Assembly (NCBI RefSeq): GCF_009914755.1
Contig: NC_060938.1
Direction: 5' to 3' (one strand)
From: the human T2T-CHM13v2.0 reference genome, Homo sapiens
Length of the DNA stretch: 64,000 nt
Position 1 is the stretch's first letter, and each line of letters opens with the position of its first letter. Under the pieces are notes generated by a model, which was not told the DNA's origin, ran no database searches, and saw only the letters and a program-made list of their open reading frames with translations. Positions 52,815 to 64,000 of the stretch are shown here, in pieces. The translations under genes and the position numbers were made by a program.

Positions 52815-52965
52815 ACTTCCTTCCTTCCTTCTTTCCTTCCTTCCTTCTCTTCTCTTCTTTCTTTCCCTCTCTCTCCCTTCCTCCCTTTCTCCCTTTCTCT
52901 CATCCTCCCTTCCTCCCTTCCCCCTTTTCTCCCTTCCTTCATTTCTTCCTTTCTTCCTCCTTTCT
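52815..52965. repeat. (TTCC)n/CT-rich polypyrimidine tract
   Basis: Direct inspection. Confidence 0.9.
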
Positions 52966-53358
52966 TAAATACTTTTGAACATTTTCATTGTGCCAGCATA
53001 GCATTAATAGATGACACACTCTGTACCCTAATGGTACCACCTGGGGAAATGGTGCAAGTTATTTTAGCATGATCACTCTTACTCTTTTATCAATATTTCA
53101 TTAGTAATCTTCAAGAATATAACTACTCTTTCTCTAAGTCAGCCAGCCAGGTAAATGGCTCTAACATCGCTATTATTAGACTTGAGGTAGACCATCTAAA
53201 TTGTCTGGAGACTTCAGAGATATTTCTTATCTCCATCTGCCACTCCAATTGCAGTTGTCTCCTCAAAAGCAGGGGCTGCATATCTCAGAAGCCTGTCTTT
53301 TATGTAATTAAGAATAAAGTGAAGAGGGTCAGAAGGCAGATTTCTTATCCTAACTGGG

Positions 53359-53751
53359 TGTATTAGTCTTCTGGGGCTGCCATAAGAAAATACCACAGCC
53401 TGGGTGGCTTAAAAAATACAAATTTATTTCTCACAGTTCTAGAGGCTAGAAGTCCAAGATTAAGGTGTTGCCAAGGTTGGCTTTTAGTGAGTTCCCTCTT
53501 CCTGGCTTGTAGATGACCACCTTCTTGCTGTGTACTCACAATAGGCTTTGTTTTGTGTGCGCAGAGAGAGACGTCTGTTGTCTTTTCCCTTTCTTATAAG
53601 GACATCAGTCCTGGGGTCCCACCCTGATGACCTCTTACCACTATAAACCTTACTTACCACTATAAAGGACCCGTTTTTTAATATAGTTACATGGCAGGTT
53701 AGGGTTTCAACATATAAACGTATTGAGGGGAACACAGTTTAGTCTATAGCA
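53359..53751 (-). mobile_element. MLT1A/B-type MaLR LTR
   Basis: TGTATTAGTC...GGCTGCCATAA...TTCTCACAGTTCTAGAGGCTAGAAGTCCAAGAT...ACACAGTTTAGTCTATAGCA. Confidence 0.85.
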
Positions 53752-55161
53752 TTGAGCCTCAGGCTCGTCTTTCATTTTATTTTCTCCTGCATAGCGTTTT
53801 AACATTAACACCGTTGGAAGCTCAGGTAGTTCAGTTAGCTGGGACCTCACCAATACACCGTGTCTAGTGGAGGCTCCCCGGATTTGGTGGTGAACCTGAT
53901 GTAAACATGACGTACCGCTCACATTCCAAGCTCCGAGTGCTGGATTACTCACTCTGCAGAGGTTTTATAGCTTTTCAAAACCTTTTTTTGTTTTACTAGT
54001 CTCTATTTTTAGTATATTTTCTTCTGCTCTTGAATCCTGACAAGGACTCATTCAAACTACTAAGCCATATATACAATGGAGGTTTAGAAACGTTGGCTTC
54101 AGAGAGCTCCGTTATTATCGTCACTTGATCTCACATGTCTTCCCTCAGGCTTGACTATTTGTAACATGTTAGGGGCTTTAGGATCCTCTCACCACCGTTG
54201 CCATTATTTCCTTTAACAGCTACCATTTTATTGTGTCCTACTTTTCTATGTTGTCTTTTTGCATTCCTCAGCTTTTTGCTTTCAATAAGCTCTTCACTTA
54301 TTAAAATTTCCTTAAACCTCACTGTCACATCCACTCTGCCTTCTCTTTCATCCTGTTTATGATTATACAGAAATTCAAAGGATAATCTAATTTTACTGGG
54401 TCACCTGAGAGGGTAATTATTGTAGACAATTGTAACTTATAAGAGAGAGTAAACTCTGATGCCATACTAAATCTTATGATAGTCAAAAAAAAAAAAAAAA
54501 GAGAGAGAAAAAAAATCCAAGGACACATAAAGAACTTTAAACATCCATAAATTGGTTCTGTATCATGAAATTTCTAGAATTTCCTCTTCTACCTAAACTG
54601 ACTCGAACTGTGAGTCATTCACAATGTCTTTGATGGTATTAATCATGTGATACAAGGATTTCAAAATGTTAAAAAAGCAGTAGGGCCACAGGAGATGGAG
54701 AGTTGCCAGAAGGAAACTTCTGAGGAATAAAATAAGAAAACCTAAGGTGACCATGGCAAGTATATCAAGATAGAAGACACAGATATCTGAGTCAAAAGAT
54801 CAAAGACTTAGATGAGAATGTGATTAAGAAACATTGCCCCCCCCAGTGCCATTGAAGTTGTGGGAGGTGTGGAGAGAGAAATGGTTTTGTTGTCTTGACT
54901 TACAGTAACCAAATTAGAGCTTATTTTTTCCATGCCTGAAAATAAGTCCAAGGTCCTCTAAAAAGGAGTAGCTATGGGGTGAAGATGAAGTTTCTAAATG
55001 AAGTTTACACAAAAGGGATTATTTTATCTAAATTTCTACATTTGTTGAACTATCTTTGCTGTTGTCATTGGAAAACTAAGCAAACAAAAAAAATGCATTT
55101 CATTCTGCAGAAAGAGTTCTGAAGTGCTTCCCTCATCAAGTAATTTAAAAAATGTCCTCCA

Positions 55162-55550
<389 letters not shown>

Positions 55551-55673
55551 TTACTTAAGGAGGTCAAAATTTTTATACATATGAGTTAGTTCATCCCAGG
55601 GCTTTACATATAACCACTAAAAATGAAGCACTGTAGAGAAGTTAAAAAGCATTGCACATTTAGTACTTTTGTG

Positions 55674-55677
<4 letters not shown>

Positions 55678-55712
<35 letters not shown>
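55678..55712. repeat. (TG)n microsatellite
   Basis: About 17 TG units. Confidence 0.95.
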
Positions 55713-55715
<3 letters not shown>

Positions 55716-57297
55716 CAGTGATTTATATAACAAATTTTTGGCCTCCAGGTAACAGTTCTGACCTTTAGAGGATCCACTTTAAGATACATAAATGCATTAT
55801 TATGCCTATATACCATCAGTTTAAAAGAACAAGAATTTATACCCTATCTCCGATTTATCCTATCCATTTCTTAACCCATAATAAGCTCCATTATGCTTTC
55901 ATAACTCTCATTCTCTCAGATTCTCAGCACCCTCCTTGTTCTTCAAAACTAAAACATTCTACCAATATACTTCAATATAACTGTCTTATCTACAAATGTC
56001 TGCCGTATTTTGCCTTTCTACACAAGAAGCTTTAAAATGTGAGTCTATACATTACCAATTTTACAAAACTGGGATGCATAACCAGACCCACCTAAGCCAC
56101 CAAATCTTTCTTAAGGTCATAGAGCTAGAAAGTATTAGTAGAATGGGACAAGATATCTGCCATTTGAATGTAGCATCTTCAACTTATCAAAAGATGATGC
56201 AACATTTGTGTTCTAAAAAATAACCAGCAGTAAGTATGGTGTATTTTCATTTCTATGGTAAAGAACGTTTGTTCAAAAATCATATATAAAAGATTTCCAG
56301 GTGCATTCTAATTCCAAAATTAACCATAGTGAAACTTTCTACTTAAAAGCGATAGAAATCTCATTCTAGTTAACAAGAATGGGAAGCCAGTAAACAAGAT
56401 AATTATTTTTTAATGGCATAGTTAAAAGAAAAAAAAACTGATTAAAAAACATCAAATTTTTAATAGGAGTATAAAGCAAAACCAAACAACCCCACCCCCA
56501 CAAAAACAGAAAGAAAAAAAACAGAAACAAATACTTAGTTTTGTGAACTAGTTTAACTAAGATGTTGAGTACTGACCAGTCTAATGTGAAAGCAAAATTG
56601 AGTGGGATTAGAGGGAGCATGATTCCATCTGGCAAATTCAGGCCAACTAAATTTCCCAGCTCCATGGTCATTTAGACCTCTCTGAAATAGATTATCTTAG
56701 TAAAGGTTAATGAATGTCAGAATGAACACAACTCCTTTGGAACACAATGCCATTTTTTTTCTTTCAAGCACTTTTTTGAACTAATAACATACAATTTAAA
56801 TTTAGTTAAAATAAAAGATAATAAAATTTCATATTTTTAATTAAAGTGATGCACCTAAGAAACCCACATATGCCCCCAGATGTCTTCTTGCAATTGAACT
56901 GCACTTTCATTAATTAATTTTCATTAATGTAAGATTAGAGAAAAGCTATATTTTATTTGCCCTTTCAGCACAAATGGAGACCCATGGTCTACTTCTTTTA
57001 AATTGGCATGCTAAGTAATTACATGCTGATTAATCACATATTTGAATCTTTGCAAATGGCCTTTAATGATAGTCTGCCAAAATGTTTAATAACTTTAGAA
57101 AACTCTATACAAATAATCATTTACTCTCTATATTTCGTATATAGAATTACTAGCAGAAAAGTAGCAAACAAGAAGTTAGAAAAACTGGATTCCAGCCTTT
57201 AGTCTCTCATTATTTTTGGAGGTATGAGCATCATCAAGTGCATTGAACTCTCCGTAAACCTCCATTTTCATATTTGCAAAGTAGAAAAATTAGAATA

Positions 57298-57701
57298 TGT
57301 GACAAAGCCTGGCTGGTTTGCTGATCACTAAGTCCATCTACTGGGCACAGCTAGATGATATTCCACTGCCTCCCTTGCAGTTAGGTGTGACTACAGAACT
57401 AGTTTATGACCCAAGAAATGTTGGCAAAAGTTACGTAAGCCAGTTTCAGACTCTGCTCATAAACTCTTCTCATGAACAATACTCAATAATTGTTTCCTTT
57501 CTGTGGCCATCTTGGAAAGGAATTGAAAATGGTGAAGCATCAAGATTGAACAATTCAGGATTTCTAATTTAAAGATGTTAAGAGAGATTCATGCAGATCA
57601 TAAACACTCATTTTGAACTTTATATAAATTATATAAGTGGCTATTGTGTTATGTTGTTATTTTGATCTATTACAGCAGCTATTATTAACTCAACTAATGC
57701 A
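57298..57701 (+). mobile_element. old MLT1 (H/I-like) LTR
   Basis: CTGGGCACAGCTAGA...GCCTCCCTTGCAGTTAGGTGTG...TTACAGCAGCT...ACTAATGCA. Confidence 0.65.
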
Positions 57702-57929
57702 GATTGTATCAACTCTTAGGTCTATAAATGCTATTATTTTGTTATTCTATGCCATAAAGACTGAAAGCCCATAGTTTGGAAGACAAAATTAATTTGCTTC
57801 TCATTTGTATTTCAGAATGTCAACAGTAAACATTTGGGTGAAGTGCTTTGGCTTCATTAAAGTCACTTATTTCACAATGAAACAAAACTGTCTTTGGATT
57901 TTACAATGTAAATTCCACACAACTTATTA

Positions 57930-58156
57930 TTTTTATTTGTATGTTTTCCTCCAACTTTTGTTTTAGATTCAAGGGGTACAGGTGCATGTTTGTTAGATGG
58001 ATAAATTGTGTGTCACTGGGGTTTGGTGTACAAATTATTTTGTCACCCAGGTAGTGTGCATAGTACTCTATAGGTAGTTGCTTGATCCCCACCATCCATC
58101 CTCCCTCCACCTTCAAGTAGGCCCGAGTGTCCATTGTTCCTTTCTTTATGTCCATG
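57930..58156 (-). mobile_element. L1PA15/16-type 3' end
   Basis: CCAACTTTTGTTTTAGATTCAAGGGGTACA...TGTCACCCAGGTAGTG...CCTTCAAGTAGGCCC. Confidence 0.85.
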
Positions 58157-58237
58157 AGCTTTATAGCTTTGTGTCTTTAGTGCCTACCATTGATGACAAA
58201 GATGTTTAATTTTAGAAGAAACCTAGACTAAGAGTCA

Positions 58238-58772
58238 TGTATTACTTTTCCATCAGCGTGTAACAGATTATCCCAACATTTACCTCAAAAAAAAAAATAG
58301 GTTTATTGTCTCGCAATTTCTAGACAAGGCTTAGCTGGTCCCTCTACTTCATTGTCTCTCAGAAATTAGCAATCAAGGTGTCTGCTAAGTCTGGGGTCAG
58401 TTCCAAAGGCTCTCCTACAGAAGGATCCACTTCCAAGCTAACTCAAGTGGCTACTGGCAGCTCCTCAAGCTCCTCAAGATTTGTGAGACTAAAGGCCCTC
58501 CATTCCTTGCTAGCTATTGTCTGGAGCCTCTTCCTCAGGCCCTTGGCACGTAGACCTCTCCCATATGGCTACTTGCTTTATCAAAGCCAGTGAGAGAATG
58601 TCTACTGGAAAGACGGAAGTTACCATCTCTTGTGACCTAATTACAGAACTGACAGTCCCTCGATGTTGCCACATTCTCTTGATTAGTAACAGATTATTTG
58701 AGGATAGGGAATTATACAAGGCTATTCATATCAGGAGGCAAGGTCATTGAACACTATCTTACAGGACTGCCA
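58238..58772 (-). mobile_element. MLT1 (E/F-like) LTR
   Basis: GGCTTAGCTGGTCCCTCT...GCAATCAAGGTGTC...GGATCCACTTCCAAGCT. Confidence 0.7.
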
Positions 58773-59010
58773 GAGGTCATCTTTAAGGTTATTCATGATT
58801 ATTCCTCACAAGTAACAATCTGATGTCTTGGTGAGACATTGGTAAGGCTTTCTTTCTTCCTGTTTTTATTTTTCCCTATTGCAATTAGCCAGTTTGTGGA
58901 AAAAAAGACAGAGAGAAAACCAGGGAAGAAAAAGAAGACAGGGAGAAAGAACAGAAAAAGAAAAGGAAATATGGAGAAAAAAAGTTAATGAAAAAATATT
59001 AATTTTTTCT

Positions 59011-59301
<291 letters not shown>

Positions 59302-59987
59302 TTAATTTCTATGTATTTCAGTTTTCATAACCTGATTGTGTCTATTTGAATGAGCAAAATAATAGTTACTATGTGGATGTCAAAGCAGTATAAACCCTTG
59401 AGAGGGGATGACAGGGCAGAACTGGCTTAGAAACCTGGAAGATTTATAATGTGAATGTTTACATTGAGAGTTAGAAATATAAATAGCTATGAAGAGAATA
59501 AGAAGTGGCACTTTAGTAACAATCAAATAGAATATGAGTGAACTATTTAGGAGTACAGTAACAATACATCAGATCCTGAGAGTACTAGTATATGATCTTG
59601 TCAAATTGTGATGTGATTTTTTTAATTGCTCTAATAAATCTCACTTCATGTCAGCCTATTCTAATGATGAGGTCTGATGTATGTGAAATAACAATGCCTA
59701 AAATTTATACAAAATTTTATAAACTTCTTTCATATGAAGGATCTTATTTGATATTCATAAACTACCCCCTTTTCAAGATATACAGATTCTTCATGTAACC
59801 CCACTATTAAAATCTTCCTTGGCTGGAGGATAAAGTCTAGACTCCTTAGCCTAACTATAAAGCTATTTATGAGTGACATACAACAGCCTCACCATTCTCC
59901 TTCCTCCCACTCAATCCCACATCTAGCCACCTGAAACTACCTGTCCCCTGTACATGCTGGTTCAGGCATTTGTATGTGCTCTAGATT

Positions 59988-60199
59988 AGAGTTTCTCAAC
60001 ATGAGCACTACTGACATTTTTTATGGTAATCTCTTGTTGCAAAGTCTGTTCTGTGCATTGGAGGACATATAGCAGCATCCCTGGCCACTACCACCTAGAT
60101 GCTAGTAGCAATCTCACATAGTTACAACAGGTAAAAATGCCTCCAGACATCACCAAATGCCCCCAGGGGGTGGGCATCATCCTCCCTTGAGAAACAATG
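59988..60199 (-). mobile_element. MER20 MITE
   Basis: GTTTCTCAAC...CACTACTGACATTTT...AGCAGCATCCCTGGCC...CCAGACATCACCAAATG...TTGAGAAAC. Confidence 0.85.
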
Positions 60200-60307
60200 C
60201 TCTATGTATTTTTTAAAATTCTGTTTTCTTGGTCTGAAAAACCCTACTCTAGTTTCTACTATTGACTAACTCTGACATTTTCTTTAGAAGTTACCACTGT
60301 TGCAAAG

Positions 60308-63271
60308 TGTTATGGACTTTGTGCACCCCTCCTCAAATTCATATGTTGTAATCCTAACCCCAATGTAATGATATTAGGAGGTGGGGCCTTTGAGAGGTAA
60401 TTATGAAACAGTAGCATTGCCCGATTCCCCTCACAAGACATGCGACAGGAGTGTGGCTTGCCTGTTTGGTCACCCCCAACTGCAGCTCAAACCTTTATGG
60501 GAAGCATGTAGATGGGCAGGTGCAGAGGCTGGGGCAAGTGCTTTGGGCTCTTGGCCCTGTGGTAGTGTTTAGGGGTGGGTGCCTGCAACCCTAGTGTTAC
60601 CAAGCTCTTTCAGCTTTGATGTCTGCAAATGACTTGTGTGTTAATCAGCTAAATGGACCCTGGGCCTTATTGCAAAGGCAGAGGGCCAATGTGACAGCCT
60701 TCTGTAACCCAAGCTCTTGCCCAGTGTCACAAAAGAATTAAATCACATGCAGACTCAAAGGATGAGTGCAATGTTTTGTTGAGGGGTGGAAGTGGCTCTC
60801 AGCAAGATGGATGGGGAGCTAAAAGAGGGGATGGAATGGGAAGGTGGTCTTCACCTGGAGTCAGGCCACTCAGCAGCCAGATTCTTCTCTGACCACCCCC
60901 AGCAGAACTCGCCTCAGTGTCCAGACATCACTCCTCTGTTTCTCTACTGTGTCATTCCACCATTGCTGGTCTGCTGAACTGCTGGTCTGCAGCCTGGGGC
61001 TTGGGATTTTTATGGTGGCAGGACAGGGTGTGTGGCAGGCCAAAACGCAACATTTTGGGCATGAAAACAGGAATGCTTGTTCTCATTTAGGGCCACGGGT
61101 ATCCAGGCTTGAGAGTGGGGCCTTTGCTGGGGAACCACCCGCTTCTTCTCAGCATTTTCCTGTCTCCTGCCCATATCAATTAGGCCAAGAGGGTGGAACC
61201 CTGATGAATGGGATTGGAACCTTAGAAGAAGAGACATAGAGCTTGCTTCCTTTGTGTCTCTCTGGCTCTTCACCATATGAAAATACAACTAGAAGACAGC
61301 CATCTACAAACCAGGAAGCAGGCCCTCATTAGATACTGGATCTGCTGGCACTTTGGTAGTGTATTTTCCAGCCTCCAGACCTGTGAAGAATACATTTCTG
61401 TTGTTTAAGCAATCCAGTCCATGGTATTCTGTTTAGCACTCCGAACAGACTAAGACATAAATGGGTACCAAGAGGTGTGTTAATGATGTAAAAAGTGGCT
61501 AGGAATATGGAAGAGGTGTTGGAACTGGATAATGGGGTAGAAGCTGGAAGAGATTTGATGCATATGTTAGCAAATAATGATTTTGCTGTGAAGAGGTTTA
61601 TAAATTCTGATTCTGATTCTGGTGAGTACTCCAAAAGAAAAGCTTGGTTGAATTGTGTTTGTGTTCCTAGTGTTGTGTGGAAGGTAGAATTTGTGAGTAA
61701 TGAAATTGTCTGTTTATCTGAGATTTGTAAACCAAGCACTCGTAGGGTGTTTTGCTTTCTCCTAAGTTCTTATAGTAAAATGTAGAGGAGAGAACTGAAC
61801 AGAAGATAGAGCTGTTAGGCAAAATGAAACCAGAACTTAAGGATTTGGAAATGTATCAGCCTGTCCACATTATAAAAAATAAAAATGAGAAAGTCCATTT
61901 GAAAACGAATACTAAGGCTGTGGTAGAGTGACCATTTAATAAGATTAGTGTGGTTGTGAACCATAACCTAATCAGCCATCTCAACAGAAGCCTGGCATAG
62001 AGATGGCATTACAGCTGAAGAAACATTTCTAGCTGGAACTTAAGAACAGAGAAAACAGGACAAAATGGAGAAAGACTGTTGGAAGACCCGACGGGAATGG
62101 ATCATAAGGGCTATTCACCTACAAACATACAACTTTCTTCAAGATAAGGGAAGAAGGACCCTGCACATAATGCCGATATCTTAGGACTGCCACTTCCACT
62201 GCACATCCAGAGTGCCTGGGGGTGGGGGGTGCAGGGGTGTCTCCACCTCAGTTTCAAAGAGTAGGACCAACACCCAGCAAAGCCTTGGGGGCAAGGCCAC
62301 CTGACAGATCCACAGAAGCACAACCTCTACCTGGCAGAGTCACAACATGTGATCCTTGCCTGTAGAGCCACAGATGAAGAACTGCTGCCATAGTGGGTCT
62401 TGGAGGAGGCTGGACTGATGTCCCGGTGAGTCTGGAAGGAAAAGCATTGAATCAAAGGGAATTCTTCTCAAGATTTATAACCTCTTAGCCTTTCTAGGTT
62501 TTTGGCATTCTTGGGACTTGTGACCTCTCAGCCCTTCCTTCTTTTTCATTTCTCCCTTTTGGAATAGGGGGGTCTATTCTATGCCTGTTCCATCATTGCG
62601 TTTTGGAAGCATGTAACTTGTTTGGCTTCACAAGTTCACAGCTGAAGAAAAATTTTACCCCAGAATGAGTCATACTTGGAGTCTCACCCATATCTAACTT
62701 AGACAATATTTACATGAGAATTTGGCAGCCCTAATAATATCTACATCATCTACAGGGCCTTTCTTTCTTTGTCTTGAAGACAAGTGTGTGCTCTTTAGAG
62801 TTGATGCTGAAATAAGTTAGGACTTTGAGGGCTTTTGGATGAAAGGAATGTTTTCCCTTCATCTGAGAAAAATATGAATTTGGGAGGCTGGGGTGGAATG
62901 TTATGGACTGAATATCTATGTTCCCAAATTCCTATGTTGAAATCTTCACCCTTACTGTGATGATTTTAGGAGGTGGGGCATTTGGAAGGTAATTAGATCA
63001 TGAGGGTGGGGCCTTCATGAATGGGATTAGTGCCTTTAGAAGAAAACACAGAAGGAAGCTTGCTACTTCTCTTTCTCTGCTTCCTGTCATGTGAGGATAC
63101 AACTAGAATATGACCATCTGCAAACCAGAAACCATATCCTCACCAGACACTGGATTTACTGGTGCCTTGATCTTAGATTTCCTAGTCTCTTGAACTTTGA
63201 GAAAGAAATGTATACTGTTTAAGCCACCAATCTATGGTATTTTCTTTTAGCACCCCAAACTGACTTAAACA
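60308..63271 (+). mobile_element. full-length MLT1A/MST-type MaLR (LTR 60308-61457, internal region, LTR 62899-63271)
   Basis: Two direct LTRs TGTTATGGACT...TTAGGAGGTGGGGC.TTTG...GACT..(G/A)ACA; internal starts AAATGGGTACCAAGAG. Confidence 0.85.
60404..61178 (-). mobile_element. MER50-type ERV1 solo LTR nested in the MaLR 5' LTR
   Basis: TG...CA termini; reverse complement TGATATGGGCAGGAGACAGGAAAATGCTG...GCAAAGGCCCCACTCTCAAGCCTGGATACCCG; 4-bp TSD ATTA. Confidence 0.85.
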
Positions 63272-64000
63272 GAAGTCTTCTCTTTATTCCATACAGCCTC
63301 AAAGGGATGACTTTCTTGGTTCCTCTCTCTATCTGTGCACCAGGCAGAGTGCTCAGGATTGTTTAGATCTTGGTTTCTGCAGACATTAGCTGTATGAACA
63401 TTGGTATTTTACTTAGTCTGCACACACCTACTTTTTCTTATGTATTGAATAGGGCTGATAATATTTACATAATTTACACTATCTGGAAGATACTCAGTAC
63501 TCAATATATGCTAGTTAATATTATTACAATTGTGACTTCATCAATTTTTTGAATTGAAACATTGTGATTTCTAGTTCATTAGATATGATACTATAAATTT
63601 GTAAATTCAAAGTTGATATAATATCGTACAGACAAATCTACATAGTAACTGAATTCTTCACTATTTTATATTTCTCTTACAACATGGCCACCCTGCAGAA
63701 GGGGGATCCCCTTGATTTTCTAAAGGATGATTTTTGTTTAGTTGGATAGAGATAGCTAATGAGTCACACTGGGGCTAAATTTGACCCGTAAAGATAAAAT
63801 ATCTACTGGAAAATGGATTTAGTTTATCTAATCATAAACCGATTTTGTAAGGAGGGTTTAATATGGAATTCTTGAGTGCAAAATATTTATATCAAACAGT
63901 AGAAAGACTACAAATGTCAGAACACACATTAAAAATATCTGTAAATCAGCATCTTGTGTTAACATACTAACCAAATTAGTGAAAACACATGCATAGAGTA

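Noticed and set aside
60786-61785. Longest ORFs in the window (131 and 136 aa)
   Set aside because: Lie in the MER50 LTR and MaLR LTR/internal sequence; no recognisable protein domain

Overview
AT-rich, CpG-poor primate (human-like) nuclear DNA with no recognisable functional protein-coding exon, CpG island or CRISPR array. About half is interspersed repeats: Alu S/Y/J, old L1, L2, MIR, MaLR/ERV LTRs (including full-length THE1C and MLT1A/MST-type elements) and MER5/MER20/MER53 DNA transposons. The main feature is an old ~5.8 kb nuclear mitochondrial insertion (NUMT, ~16555-22330). Its order is 16S rRNA, tRNA-Leu(UUR), three codons of ND1 joined in frame to the 3' half of ND4 (roughly 8 kb of mtDNA missing), then tRNA-His/Ser/Leu, ND5, ND6 (interrupted by an AluY), tRNA-Glu and 5' CYTB. 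It includes a humanin-like frame that has lost its ATG. The strongest unexpected signal is a ~0.9 kb inversion (50483-51398) that splits one AluY, leaving its 18-bp target-site duplication in inverted orientation, and also breaks an MLT1J-like LTR, a second LTR and an L2. There are also several locally templated insertions or duplications and a 50-bp palindrome in unique DNA. I found no new multi-gene system. Repeat subfamily calls and mtDNA coordinates come from remembered consensus sequences and are approximate.
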